Part shown: piece after piece, positions 12,490 to 25,480 of the stretch
How the letters are laid out: every line of letters starts with the position of its first letter
Position numbering within the stretch: position 1 is the stretch's first letter
Origin: Pristiophorus japonicus
Lineage: Eukaryota
Direction: 5' to 3'
Length of the DNA stretch: 64,000 bases
Assembly (NCBI RefSeq): GCF_044704955.1
Contig: NW_027252668.1
Span: 5,146,001-5,210,000 of the forward strand
Position numbers and translations under genes: made by a program
The notes under the pieces: generated by a model
Told to the model about the DNA's origin: nothing
Databases searched by the model: none
Seen by the model: only the letters and a program-made list of their open reading frames with translations

Positions 12490-14240
12490 ATAAGAACATA
12501 ACAAATCGGAACAGGAGTAGGCCATTTAGCTCCTCGAGCCTGCTCTGCCATTCAATAAGATCACGGCTGATCTGATCATGGACTCAGCTCCACTTCCCTG
12601 CTCCCTCCCCATAACCATTTACTCCCTTATCGATCAAAAATCTGTCTATATCCGCCTTAAATAGTTGTCTAGGGCAGATAATTCCAGAGATCTACAACCC
12701 TCTGAGAGAAGAAATTCCTCTTCATCCCAATTTTAAATGGGCGGCCCCTTATTTTAAGACTATGTAACCTAGTTTTAGTTGCCCCATGTGAAAATATCCT
12801 CTCTGCATCCACCTTGTCAAGCCCCCTTATTATTTTATAAGTTTCAATAAGATCACCTCTCATTCTTCTGATCTCCAATGTGTACAGATCCAACCTACTC
12901 AAACCTATCCTCATAACTCAACCCCCTCATCTCCGGAATCAACCGAGTGAACCTTCTCTGAACAGCCTCCAATGTAAGTATATCCTTCCTTAAATACGTA
13001 GACCAAAACTGTACACGGTACTCCAGGTGTGGCATTACCAATACCCTGTACAGCAGGACTTCTCTGCTTTTAGACTCTATCCTTCTTGCAATAAAGGCCA
13101 ACATTCTATTTGACTTCCTGATTACTTGCTGTACCTACATGCAAACTTTTTGTGTTTCATGTACAAGGACCCCCAGGGCTCTCAGTACTGCTGCACGTTG
13201 CAATTTTTCTCCATTTAAATTATAATTTTCTTTTCTATTATTTCTGCCAAAATGGATAACCTCTCATTTTCCCACATTATACTCCATCTGGAAGTGGACC
13301 TGAGTCTATGAGCGGATCAGCCATGATTGTATTAAATGGTGGAGCAGGCTCGATGGGCCATATGGCCTGCTCCTGCTCCTATTTCTTATGTTCTTATGTT
13401 CTTATCTGCCAAATGTTTGCACACTCACTTAGCCTGTCGCGATCCCTTTGCATATCTACTGTGTCCTCATCACAATTTTCTTTCCCACCCATCTTTGTAT
13501 CATCAGCAAACTTGGCTAAATTAAACTCGGCCCGTTCATCCAAGTCATTAATATTGATTGTAAATAGTTGAGGACCCAGCACCGATCCCTGTGGCACCCA
13601 ACTCATCACTGTTTGCCAACCATAAAATGACCCATTTATCCTGACTCTCTGTTTTCTGTTAGTTAGCCAATTCTCTATCCATGCTAATATATTGCTCCCA
13701 ATCCCATGAGCTTTTATCTTGTGCAGTAACCACTTATGTGGCACCTTATCGAATGCCTGCTGGAAATCCAAATACACCACGTCCACAGGCTGCCCCTTAT
13801 CTACCATGCTTGTTCCATCCTCAATGACCTCCAGCAGATTTATCAAACATGATTTCCCTTTCATAAAACCATGCTGACTCTGTTTGATTCAATCATGCTT
13901 TTCCAAATGTCCTGCTACTGCTTCCTTAATAATGGAATCCAGCATTTTCACAACAACAGATGTTCGGCTAACTGGTTTATAGTTTCCTGCTTTTTGTTTG
14001 CGACCTTTTTTGAACATTTGCAATTTTCCAATCTGCTAGGACCTTCCCACAATCCAGGGAATTTTGGTCGATAACAAACAATGCATCCACTATCTCTACA
14101 GCCACATTTCTTAAGACCACAGGTTGTAAGCCATCAGGTCCAGGGGACCTGTCCGCCTTTAGTCCCATTATTTTACCGAGTACTACTTCATTAGTGACAG
14201 TGATTGTAATAAGTTCCTCCCTACCTATAACCTCTTGATT
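12490..14240 (-). mobile_element. CR1-type LINE, 5'-truncated and degenerate
   Basis: ORF2 pieces [44 protein letters not shown]; CR1 3' tail near 12490; nested inverted CR1 tail at about 13291-13403. Confidence 0.92.
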
Positions 14241-14559
14241 GTACACTTCGATATTACTCCCAGTGAGAGTGTTTAAACTAATCTCGGACTGTTTCTGTCA
14301 GATATTAACTCCTGCACGGTCCCAGCAAACACTCCCACTCCCTCGTCCCTCCGATGTTTCTGCAGGATTGCTTTGTGAAGACGGGCTCATGGAGAGAGAA
14401 ACACCCTGCACGGAATGATCCCAAATTGAGCATCTCCAAGGGACAAGGCTCCCAGCTTTAATCATTCTCTGTCCTTTCCCCCCAGGCCCAGTTCCTTTGT
14501 CAGATTCTGATAAAAGTAAATTGGGAAAGGTGCACTTTGATTTTTACAGGCTGAATTAA

Positions 14560-14735
14560 TGCAGAACTGCGCATGCGCGGCTCAGCCCCGCCCCCTGTGT
14601 CGATTCCCAGTGAGCAGAAGAGCGCATGCGCCATCCCCTCCCCCAGTCCTGCCTGTGATCGCCATTCACTCAGTGAGCGGAAGAAGATGGTTTCAAACAG
14701 CCGGGAATGGAGAGCCCGCGGCCCGGGGTAAGGCA
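14560..14735 (+). promoter_or_regulatory. CpG-rich promoter/first-exon-like segment
   Basis: NRF1 motifs at 14568 (TGCGCATGCGC) and 14622 (GCGCATGCGC), GC box CCCCGCCCC, YY1-like AAGATGG 14684, donor-like GG|GTAAGG 14728. Confidence 0.5.
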
Positions 14736-15299
14736 GCGAGCAGCAGCCTCCTTACAGCAGCGCAGCGCTTTGGGAGCGTGTCCGCAGATGGGCTCAGAGA
14801 CCGGCACTGAGTCCGGGGGGAGTTCAGGGGCTGTGTGGAAGAGGCGGAGTGGAGCAAGAACCAGTGTCAGTGCGTGGTGAGAGTCGGGGGAGGGAGAGGT
14901 CATTCTCGGGCTGTGTGTGAACAGTGTGTGTCCAGGGGGAAGGGAGACAGAATGGGCAGAATCTGCTGTTTACAATCATTGCTGCTTTCTCTCTCCTAAC
15001 CAGGAGTGAACGTTCCTGGTTTAATTCCGTCGGGGGCTGTTTGTTTGTCAGAGGCAGAGTGGAGCAGGAACTAGTTCCGGAACATGGAGTGAGTGGGGGA
15101 AGGGAGAGGCCATTCTCGGGCTGTGTGTGGACAGTCTCTTACTTTCTACTTGAGGATAAAATGGTCATCTGATGACTCTGGTTGTAAGCAGTACTTACAG
15201 TAGCATCTCATGGTTCTCCGCAGGCCGTTGCACATGAACCAATGAACGTTACTTGGTAGAGTTTGCTTAATGCTCCTGCATAAGGATGACACTCGTTAA

Positions 15300-15676
15300 T
15301 CCCCCGCTCCTGATCTTTGGGCCCCCTGTGTGGAGGGGAGCGGGCAGATCCGAAGGCCTCCTCGTGGGACTGCTCCTGGGCATAGCCAAGGTAGGCATTA
15401 ACCGGTCCAGGCCACGGGCGGTCGAGGGGGTGTTCAGCCCGACTGCCTTTCTCTCTTCCACGGTTATGTTCATGCCAGGGTGTCCCTGGAGATGGAGCAT
15501 GCGGTGTTCACCGGTACGCTCGTGGCCTTCCGTGAGAGATGGGTGCCAGAGGGACTGGAGTGCATCATCATCCCCGGGAACCAAATTTTAATTTGATCCA
15601 TTTCATGCCAAAGTTAAATTTGTCTGTTTTAATGCCCTTTTAATAAGGGGGCACTTGATTTATTGTTTTACTAAAA
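15300..15676 (+). mobile_element. Tx1-type (L1 clade) LINE 3' fragment
   Basis: Homologous to 46020-46400 (PLLIFGPPVWRGAGRSEGLLVGLLLG); 3' UTR hairpin TGCCCTTTTAATAAGGGGGCA. Confidence 0.8.
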
Positions 15677-16859
15677 TAGTTGTGTATACAGTGTGGGGTA
15701 ACAGTGAAAGTAAATCACCTCGCTCTTTCAAATCATTGCTGCTTTCTTTCCCCAAATCAGGAGTGAATGTCCTGATTCAGTCCCAATCTCACCGTGTCAG
15801 TGAACAGTGGAAACACACCATGACGGTTGCAGACACCAGGTGAGGAGTGTGGGAGAAGACATTTCAAGCATCGGTTATTTTGTTTTGGTGCATTGAGTTG
15901 TCCAGAACCGTGTTGCTGGTGATCGAGAGCCTGTCGCTCCCTCAGATACATCAGGATCTGGGCCCTGTGACATTCTGTTAACTACACAGGCCCTCAACTC
16001 AGTTTCAAAAGTCTGAAAACAATTGTTGTACAGCCCAGGTACTATAGTTATATTCCAGGAAGAGATTCAGAATTTTACAAGTAGTCCCATTGGAGTGGGA
16101 GATATAAACCTGAACTGTTCCAATCGGGTGGTACCATTCATGGACCAGTGCTGTTTGTATTGTGGTTTCCCCTCTCCAGATACTTTACTTTATTATAAAC
16201 AAACATGTTAATTATAACTTTACTTTTTATAGTCTCCCACTCACCTGTCCATATCATAACTAATATTGTTCTCGTATTATTATTCTCAGAGAGAAGTACT
16301 TCACTGAGCCTAAATAAATGTGATCTTTCCTCCACCCGGAACACAAGGAACAGTGCTGTCAGCTCCTTCTCACTCACAGTAAGTATATTATCACTTACAG
16401 AGCGCAGAGACACAAAACTGGTCTCAATCCTATTGTCATAGGCAGCAGAAGCTGTCAGTCCCACAGTGATCCGAATTTCCAGAGTTACATTACGAATCCC
16501 ACAATCACTTGGAGCAGTACAATAAGATGTTGTTTCAAAGTCCAAACATATCGCACTGAGAGACAGATCCATTTTCACTCACTTACTCACAAACACAGGA
16601 ACAGATAGACACTGACACAGTGTTAATCCACACTGCTGGCATACACGGACTGTCAACCAGTGCAGGCAGCTCCTTCTCACACACAGTAAGTACATTATCA
16701 CTCACAGAGCGCAGAGACACAGAACTGGCCTCAATCCTATTATCACAGGCAGCAGAAGCAGTCAGTCCCACAGTAATCCACAGTACAAGAGTTACATTGT
16801 GAATCTTACAAGGAGCAGTAGAATCAGACGCTGTTTCACCATTGAAACAGATCAAACTG

Positions 16860-17905
16860 ACATGTAGATTAAACACCCGCACTCACTTGCCAAAAACTGG
16901 CAGGTAGAGAATAAAACATACAATCACATACTTTAATATATAAGTTAGAAAGTAAAAACCATACTCTCATATCAGAAGCTGACGGGTACAGAGCAAAAGC
17001 AATAATCACGTATCAGGAAAGGAGAGATTCAGTATTAAGCCATCTCGAATATACCAGAAAATGACAGGTGCAGAATAAAACCCACACTCCCGTACCATAG
17101 ACTGACAGATACAATCTACAACCCACACCCACATAGATGAAAGTGACACGCACAGAGTAAACTCCACACGCCCAGAGAGTGACAGGTAGAGTGTAAATCC
17201 CAGAGTCACATGTCAGAAAACAGAGGTAAAAAGTAAAACTGATACTTGCATTGCAGAATCTGACAGTTTCTGAGCTAAAGACATATTGCCATCTCATAAA
17301 CTGGCAGATGCAGAGTGAAACCCACACACACCTATCAGAAAGGTAAAACCTTTACTCACATATCAGACAAATTCAGGTAAAACATAAAACAGATATTCAC
17401 GTTCACATACCAGAGACGGGCAGATACAGAGTAAATCCCCGCTCATATAGCAGGAACTGACAGGTACAGTCTAAAACATACACCCAAATTGCAGGAGCTA
17501 ATAGATGCTGATTAAACCCAGACTAACACACCAGAAACTGAGAGGCACAGATTAAACCCCCACACACATACCTAAATCTGACAGTTACAGAAATATACAC
17601 AGACTCGCATATGAGAGACACATACAGTATAAAGCCCATATTCATGTATCATACATAAAAGCTGACAGTTACAAGTTAAACTACCACTCATAAGCCAGAA
17701 ACTGACAGGTACAGATTAAACCAACACTCACATATCAGAAACTGACAGGTTGAGAATAAAATCCACTCTCACATACCAGAAACTGACCAGTACAGATTAA
17801 AACAATACTCATATACCAGAAACTGACAGGAACAGATTAAAACACACACTCAGATATGAGAAACTGACAGGCACAGAATAAACCCCACTCTCACATACCA
17901 GAAAC
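16860..17905. repeat. Diverged ~41-bp satellite
   Basis: Recurring CACACTCACATACCAGAAACTGACAGGTACAGA(A/T)TAAA units. Confidence 0.8.
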
Positions 17906-18692
17906 GCCTGGCTCACTTTAATTGCCTTCTGCAGTGTGACTGTAGTGTCCACAGAGAGGAGGCACTCATGGCTGATTCCATTAACAAAGATGTCCCTCAG
18001 TGCTTCGGTGAGAGGGTCGCCCAAATCACATGGTGCAGCCATTCGTCTCAGGTCTGCAGCATATTTTGCAATTTCTTGGCCTTCGGGCCACCAGTGGGTG
18101 TACAACAAATGTATGGCTGTGAGGATGCTCTCTTTAGGTTTGAGCTGTTCCTGTATTATTGTTACAAGCTCTGCATACATTTTGATTGTCATCTTCACTG
18201 GGGCTAGCAGGTCCCTGACGAGGCCATGGAATGTGGGCCCACAACTGCTGAGCAGGATAGCTCTGCGCTTATCAGCCAGCGAGATCGGGTCGTCTCCTGC
18301 CAGGTCATTTGCAATGAAAACGTGTTCGAGCCTTTCCACAAAGGCATCCCAATCTTCCCCCTCAGTGAATTGTTGAAAGTTGCTAAGATTAGCCATTTTG
18401 TGCATGGAAATGCATAATCTCCTCGCGAGATGTTATGTGTGTAAGCACTCTAGTAAGGTAACACAAGGTAAGGTATTGTACTTGAACTGTTGTGACCTTT
18501 GTTCATTTATTGTAGCTCCTGAGTAAGAATACAGTGAGGTGCGTTCCCTTTTATACTTGGTTACCTGCAGTGTGCAGGTGAGCCTTAGGTCTCCACCAGT
18601 AGCACCCTCTGGTGGTACAGGTATAGTGTATACAGTGTGAAGATACATTCAGTGGTCTAATCTTACAGTACATACTTTATACATACACAACA
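17906..18692 (-). mobile_element. Ty3/Gypsy retrotransposon remnant: 5' LTR (18431-18692) plus gag N-terminus
   Basis: ORF 17809-18405 has EDWDAFVERLEHVFIAN...AILLSSCG...YAADLRRMAAPCD...LRDIFVNGI, a Gypsy gag pattern. The adjacent 262-bp TGTT...AACA segment has TATAAAA (about 18550) and AATAAA (18506-18511) on the minus strand. Confidence 0.85.
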
Positions 18693-19230
18693 GTTTTGGT
18701 CTCCGCATCTAAGGAAGGGTATACTTCCATTGGAGGCTGTTCAGAGTTCTCTCGGTTGATTCCGGAGATCAAGGGGTTGACTTATGAAGATAGGTTGAGT
18801 AGTTTGGGCCTTTTCTCATTGGAGTTCAGAAGAATGAGAGGTGATCTTATTGAAACATGTAAGATAATGAGGGGGCTCGACAAGGTGGATGCAGAGACGA
18901 TATTTCCACTCATAGGGGAAAATAAAACTAGAGGACATAGTCACACAATAAGGGGCCGCCCATTTAAAACTGAGATGAGGAATTTCTTCTCTCTGAGGGT
19001 TGTAAATCTGTGGAATTCGCTGCCCCAGAGAGCTGTGGAAGCTGGGACACTGAATATGTTTAAGGCGGAGATGGACAGATTTTTGAGCGATAAGGGAATA
19101 AAGGGTTATGGGGAGCGGGCAGGGAAGTGGAGCTGAGTCCATGATCAGATCAGCCGTGATCTTATTGAATGGCGGAGCAGGCTCGAGGGGCTGTATGGCC
19201 TACTCCTGCTCCTATTTCTTATGTTCTTAT
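18693..19230 (+). mobile_element. CR1-type LINE 3' fragment
   Basis: RRMRGDLIETCKIMRG...RVVNLWNSLP; tail CTCCTATTTCTTATGTTCTTAT. Confidence 0.9.
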
Positions 19231-19539
19231 ATAAAAGTAACTACCAAAATTACCAACAGGTAGGTGGGCCCATTACCAAACTTTACATAAACGGCAATTA
19301 CTGAATTACCAACAATAGTGGGGTGTATCATTAATCTTTATATACAAAGTAATTGCTGTCATTACCAACAGGGAGAAGGGCACATCACCAATATTTATAT
19401 CAACAGAGACACAAATATAGACACACGTGTACACACAGACACACATATATAACAGACATATATCACACACACAGGTAGAGACATCCCCCAAACACACACA
19501 CAGCCCGTACACAGACATATATCACACACACAGGTAAAC

Positions 19540-19948
19540 GCACCAACCGCCATCCTGTGGGCTCGCGGCCATCCCCGCCCCTGGTGCCAGCTTACGTGAC
19601 GTAACTTGGCAACCAGTCTGTGTGACAACGTCACACAGCTGGCGTTGCTGGGTTACGGACGTCACTTGCGGTCAGACCGGTAAAATGCGGCGCGGATTCA
19701 AATCGGGAGCCACGTGACTGGGAGCGGCCCCGCCTCCGACTGTGGGAGTGGGCGGGGCGCTTGTCCAGCTGTGCCGGGCCACGATTGGGGCGGTGAGCTG
19801 TCCATCAGCTGCTTGCACCCAATAGCAGCGATGGATCACGATTGACTCGCTGAGCGCGCTCTGCGCATGTCCCGGATGTTGACGGTTGGTGAAGGAAAAA
19901 TCAAAATGGTGGAAAGCAAGCGAAGGGAGAGGGAGCCGGGGGCTGAGG
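19540..19948 (+). promoter_or_regulatory. CpG-island-type promoter and candidate first exon
   Basis: CRE-like TGACGT/GACGTCA, E-box CACGTG, GC boxes, CCAAT/ATTGG, NRF1-like TGCGCATGT (19862), YY1-like AAAATGG with ATG at 19906. Confidence 0.55.
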
Positions 19949-20830
19949 GTGAGTGTCCCGGGCGGAGAGGGAGCCGGGGGCTGAGGGTGAGTGTCCCGGG
20001 CGGAGAGGGAGCCGGGGGCTGAGGGTGAGTGTCCCGGGCGGAGAGGGAGCCGGGGGCTGAGGGTGAGTGTCCCGGGGGGGGGAGAGGGAGCCGGGGGCTG
20101 AGGGTGAGTGTCCCGGGCGGAGAGGGAGCCGGGGGCTGAGGGTGAGTGTCCCGGGGGGGGGAGAGGGAGCCGGGGGCTGAGGGTGAGTGTCCCGGGGGGG
20201 GGGGGGGAGAGGGAGCCGGGGGCTGAGAGTGAGTGTCCCGGGGGGAGAGGGAGCCGGGGGCTGAGGGTGAGTGTCCCGGGGGCTGAGGGTGAATGTCCCG
20301 GGGGGAGAGGGAGCCGGAGGCTGAGGGTGAGTGTCCCGGGGGGAGAGGGAGCCGGAGGCTGAGGGTGAGTGTCCCAGGGGGAGAGGGAGCCGGGGGCTGA
20401 GGGTGAGTGTCCCGGGGGCTGAGGGTGAATGTCCCGGGGGGAGAGAGAGCCGGGGGCTGAGGGTGAGTGTCCCGGGGGGAGAGAGAGCCGGGGGCTGAGG
20501 GTGAGTGTCCCGGGGGGGGGGAGAGGGAGCCGGGGGCTGAGGGTGAGTGTCCCGGGGGGGGAGAGGGAGCCGGGGGCTGAGAGTGAGTGTCCCTGGGGGA
20601 GAGGGAGCCGGAGGCTGAGGGTGAGTGTCCCGGGGGGGGGAGAGGGAGCCGGGGGCTGAGGGTGAGTGTCCCGGGGGGGGAGAGGGAGCCGGGGGCTGAG
20701 AGTGAGTGTCCCTGGGGGAGAGGGAGCCGGGGGCTGAGGGTGAGTGTCCCGGGGGGAGAGGGAGCCGGGGGCTGAGGGTGAGTGTCCCGGGGGCTGAGGG
20801 CGTGTCCTGGGGCGGGGTGAAGAGGGAGCC
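19927..20830. repeat. G-rich ~38-bp minisatellite, about 23-25 copies
   Basis: Unit GAGAGGGAGCCGGGGGCTGAGGGTGAGTGTCCCGGG(G)n with variable poly-G. Confidence 0.97.
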
Positions 20831-21029
20831 GACACTTGCTCTAGTGCTAGAGACTGGCGGGTACAGAATATAACCAACACTCACATACCAATTACTGACA
20901 GTTACAGCTTTAATCCACACTCACAAACCAGATACTGACAGGTACATATTGAGCACCACACTTATCTACCAGAAACTGAGAGATGCAGAATAAAACCCAC
21001 ACTCTTACATCAGAAACTGACAGGTACTG

Positions 21030-22250
21030 AGTCTTAAGAGAAGTAGCGACAGGGATAGTGGAATGCATTGGTTGTTATTTACCAAAATTCCCTGGATTCT
21101 GGGGAGGTCCCAGCAGATTGGAAAACTGCAAATTTAACGTCCCTATTTAAAAGAAGGAGGCAGACAAAAAGCAGGAAACTATAGACCAGTTAGCCCAACA
21201 TCTGTGGTTGGGAAAATGTTGGAGTCCATTATTAAAGAAGCAGTAGCAGGACATTTGGAAACGCATAATTCAGTCAGACAGAGTCAGCATGGATTTATGA
21301 AGGGGAATTCATGTTTGAAAAATTTGCTGGCATTCTTTGAGGATGTAACGAACAGGGTGGTAAAGGGGAACCAGTGGATGTGGTGTATTTGGACTTCCAG
21401 AAGGCATTTGACAAGGTGCCGCATAAAAGATTACCGCATAAGATAAAAGTTCACGGGGTTGAGGATAATATATTAGCATGGATGGAGGATTGGCTAACTA
21501 GAGAGTTGGGATAAATGGTTCATTCTTGGGTTGGCAACCAGTAACTAGTGGGGTGCCACAGGGATCAGTGCTGGGACCCCACTATTTACACTCTATATTA
21601 ACGACTTGGAAGAAGAGACCGAGTAGAACATCGTCAATTTTGCTGACGATACAAAGTTGGGAGGAAAAGATGTGTGTGATAAGTACACAAAAAACCTGCA
21701 AAAGGACATAGACAGGCTAAGTGAGTGGGCAAAAATTTGACAGATGGAGTATAATGTTGGTAAGTGTGAGGTTATGCACTTTAGCAGAAAAAAATTGAAG
21801 AACAAGTTCTTATTTAAATGGAGAAAAATTGAATAGTGCTGCAGTACTGGGGGTCCTGGTGCATGAAATCAAAAGGTTAGTATGCAGGTACAGCAAGTGA
21901 TCAGGAAGGCCAATGGAATTTTGGCCTTTATTGCAAAGGGGATGGAGTATAAAAGCAGGGAAGTCTTGCTGCAGTTATATTGGTGAAGCCACAACTGGAA
22001 TACTGCGTACAGTTTTGGTTTCCATATTTAAGAAAGGATATACTAGTTTTGGAGGCAGTTCAGAGAAGGTTCACTGGGTTGATTCTGGAGATGAGGGGGT
22101 TGACTGATGAGGGAACGTTGGCCTCTACTCCTTGGAATTGAGAAGAATGAGAGGTGATCTTATCAAAATGTATAAGATTATGAGGGGGCTTGACAAGGTG
22201 GATGCAGAGAGGATGTTTCCACTGATAGGGGAGACTAGAACTTGGGGGCA
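21030..22250 (+). mobile_element. CR1-type LINE fragment
   Basis: [22 protein letters not shown] and RGDL motifs in broken frames. Confidence 0.9.
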
Positions 22251-22254
22251 TTGA

Positions 22255-23170
22255 AACAGAAAATAGGTGCAGGAGTCGGTCATTTGGCCATTTGAGTCTG
22301 CACCACCATTCTGATGGCTGATTATTCCCTCAGTACCCCTTTTCCTGCTTTCTCTCCATACCCCTTGATCCCTTTAGCCATAAGGGCCATATCTAACTCC
22401 CTCTTGAACATATCCAATGAACTGGCATCAACAACTCTCTGTGGCAGGGAATTCCACAGGTTAACAACTCTCTGAGTGAAGAAGTTTCTCCTCATCTCAG
22501 TCCTAAATGGCCTACCCCTTATCCTAAGACTGTGTCCCCTGGTTCTGGACTTCCCCAACATCGGGAACAATCTACCCGCATCTAACCTGTCTCGTCCCAT
22601 CCTGTCAGAATCTTTTATGTTTCTGAGATCCCCCCTCATCCTTCTAAACTCCAATGTATAAAGGCCCAGTTGATCCAGTCTCTCCTCATATGTCAGTCCA
22701 GGAATCAGTCTGGTGAACCATTGCTGCACTCCCTCAATAGCAAGAATGTCTTTCCTCAGATTAGGAGACCAAAATTGAACACAATATTCCAGGTGAGACT
22801 TCCCCAAGGCCCTGTACAACTACAGTAAGACCTCCCTGCTCCTATAAATCCCCTCGATATGAAGGCCAACATACCTTTTGCCTTCTTTACCACCTGCTGC
22901 ACCTATATGCCAACTTTCAATGACTGATGAACCATGACGCCCAGGTCTCGTTGCATCTCCCCTTTTCCTAATCTGCCACTATTCAGATAATCTGTCTTTG
23001 CGTTTTAGCCCACAAAGTGGATAAGCTCACATTTATCCACATTATACTGCATCTGCCATGCATTTGCCCACTCACCTAACCTGTCTAAGTCACCCTGCAG
23101 CCTCTTAGCGTCCCCCTCACAGCTCACACCGCAACCCAATTTAGTGTCATCTGTAAACTTGGAGATATTA
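22255..23170 (-). mobile_element. CR1-type LINE 3' fragment
   Basis: ORF 22322-22819 [11 protein letters not shown]...RNFFTQRVVNLWNSLP; FTDDTK near 23150. Confidence 0.9.
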
Positions 23171-24299
23171 CAGGCATAAATGTAGAATAAGTGGCAGCTC
23201 ATTTAAAACTGAGATGAGGAGGAATTTCCTCATATCAGAGGGTCGTAAATTCATTGCTTCAGAGAGCTGTGGAAGCTGGGTCATTGAATAAATTTAAGAC
23301 AATTTCTTAACCCATAAGGGATTATGGGATGCGGGGAGGGAAGTGAAGCTGAGTCCATGAACGGATCAGGCATGATCGTATTAAATGGCGGAGCAGGCTC
23401 GAGGGGCCGTATGGCCAACTCTTTCTCCTATTTCTTATGTAGACAGATACACACTCCCATACCAGAGACAGACTTGCACAGAGATAGATTTCCACTCCCA
23501 TAGTAGACACTGATGGGCACAGAAATAGATACCTATTCCCATACCAGAGACTGACAGGCAAAGAGATATACATACTCCCATACCATGACAAGCATAGAGA
23601 TAGGTACATACTGACCAGCACACAGATAGATACATACTCCCATACCAGAGATTGACATCACAGTGACTGATACATACTCCCATTCACGACTCTGACTGGC
23701 ACAGAGAATAGATTATTACTCTCATAGCAGACTCGACAGCACTGATTGATACAGACTTGCATACCAGAGACTTACCGGCACAGAGATAGATACATACTCC
23801 CTACCAGAAACTGATCGGCACATGGATAAATACATAGTCCCATACTGGACACCACCGGACACACAGATAGTTGCATTCTCCCACAGCAGGGACTGACAGC
23901 ACCGAGATATACACATACTCCGATACCAGAGAATAACGGGCACAGAGATAGATACAAACTCCCATACCCGAGATTGACAGGCACACAGATAGATACATAC
24001 TCCCATACAAGAGACTGACAGGCACACAGATAGATACATACTCCCATACCAGAGACTGACAGGCACAGTGATAGATACATGCCTGCATACCAGGCACAGA
24101 TAGATATATAGTCCCACACCAGACACTGACTTGCACAGAGATAGATACATATTCTCATACCAGACACTGACTGGCACAGATACATAGTCCCATACCGGAG
24201 ACTGAGAGCACACAGATGGATACATACTCCCACACCCGACACTGACTGGCACAGAGATAGATGCATACTCCCAGACCAGAGAATAACAGGCACAGAGAT

Positions 24300-25480
24300 A
24301 GAAACATAGAAAATAGGTGGAGGAGTAGGCCATTCGGCCCTTCGAGCCTGCACCGCCATTCAATAAGATCATGGCTGATCATTCCTTCAGTACCCCTTTC
24401 CTGCTTTCTCTCCATACCCCTGGATCCCCTTAACCCTAAGAGCCATATCTAACTCCCTCTTGAATATATACAATGAACTGGCATAAACAACTCTCTGCGG
24501 CAGGGAATTCCACAGGTCAACAACTCTCTGAGTGAAGAAGTTTCTCCTCATCTCAGTCCTAAATGGCCTACCCCTTATCCTAAGAATATGGCCCCTGGTT
24601 CTGGACTTCCCCAACATCGAGAACATTCTTCCCGCATCTAACCTGTCCAGTCCCGTCCGAACCTTATGTGTTTCTATATGAGATCCCCTCTCATCCTTCT
24701 AAACGTCAGTGAATAAAGGCCCAGTTGATCCAGTCTCTCCTCATATGACAGCCCAGCCATCCCTGGAATCAGTCTGGTGAACCTTTGCTGCACTCCCTCA
24801 GCAGCAAGAACGTCCTTCCTCAGATTAGGAGACCAAAAGTGAACACAATATTCCAAGTGAGGCCTCACTAAGGCCCTGTACAATTGCAATAAGACCTCCC
24901 TGCTCCTATATTCAAATTCTCTAGCTATGAAGGCCAACATACCATTTGCCGCCTTTATCGCCTGCTATACCTGCGTGCCCACTTTGTGACCGATGAAGCA
25001 TGACATCCAGGTCTCGTTGCACCTCCCATTTTTCTAGTCTGCCGCCGTTCAGATAATATTCTGCCTTCGTGTTTTTGCCCCCAAAATGGATAACCTCACA
25101 TTTATCCACATTATACTGCATCTGCCTTGTATTTGCCCACTCACCTAATCTATCCAAGTCACCCTTCAGCCTCTTAGCGTCCTCCTCACAGCTCACACCG
25201 CCACCCAGTTTAGTGTCATCTGCAAACTTGGAGATATTACACTCAATTCCTTCATCCAAATCGTTAATGTATATTGTAAAGAGCTGGGGTCCCAGCACTG
25301 AGCCCTGCGGCACCCCACTCGTAACTGCCTGCCATTCTGAAAAGGACCCGTTTATCCCGACGCTCTGCTTCCTGTCTGCCAACCAGTTCTCTATCCACGT
25401 CAGTACATTACCCCCAATACCATGTGCTTTGATTTTGTACACCAATCTCTTGTGCGGGACCTTGTGAAAAGCTTTTTGAA
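24300..25480 (-). mobile_element. CR1-type LINE (RT to 3' end)
   Basis: KAFHKVPHKRL...[13 protein letters not shown]...FADDTKL; tail TTTCTATGTTTCTA. Confidence 0.93.

Noticed and set aside
18410-18430. PBS for the Gypsy remnant
   Set aside because: Minus strand reads TCTCGCGAGGAGAT with no TGG start; too degenerate to assign a tRNA
19672-20920. 402-aa and 339-aa proline-rich ORFs on the minus strand
   Set aside because: Translations of the stop-free C-rich strand of the minisatellite; poly-G length varies without keeping frame
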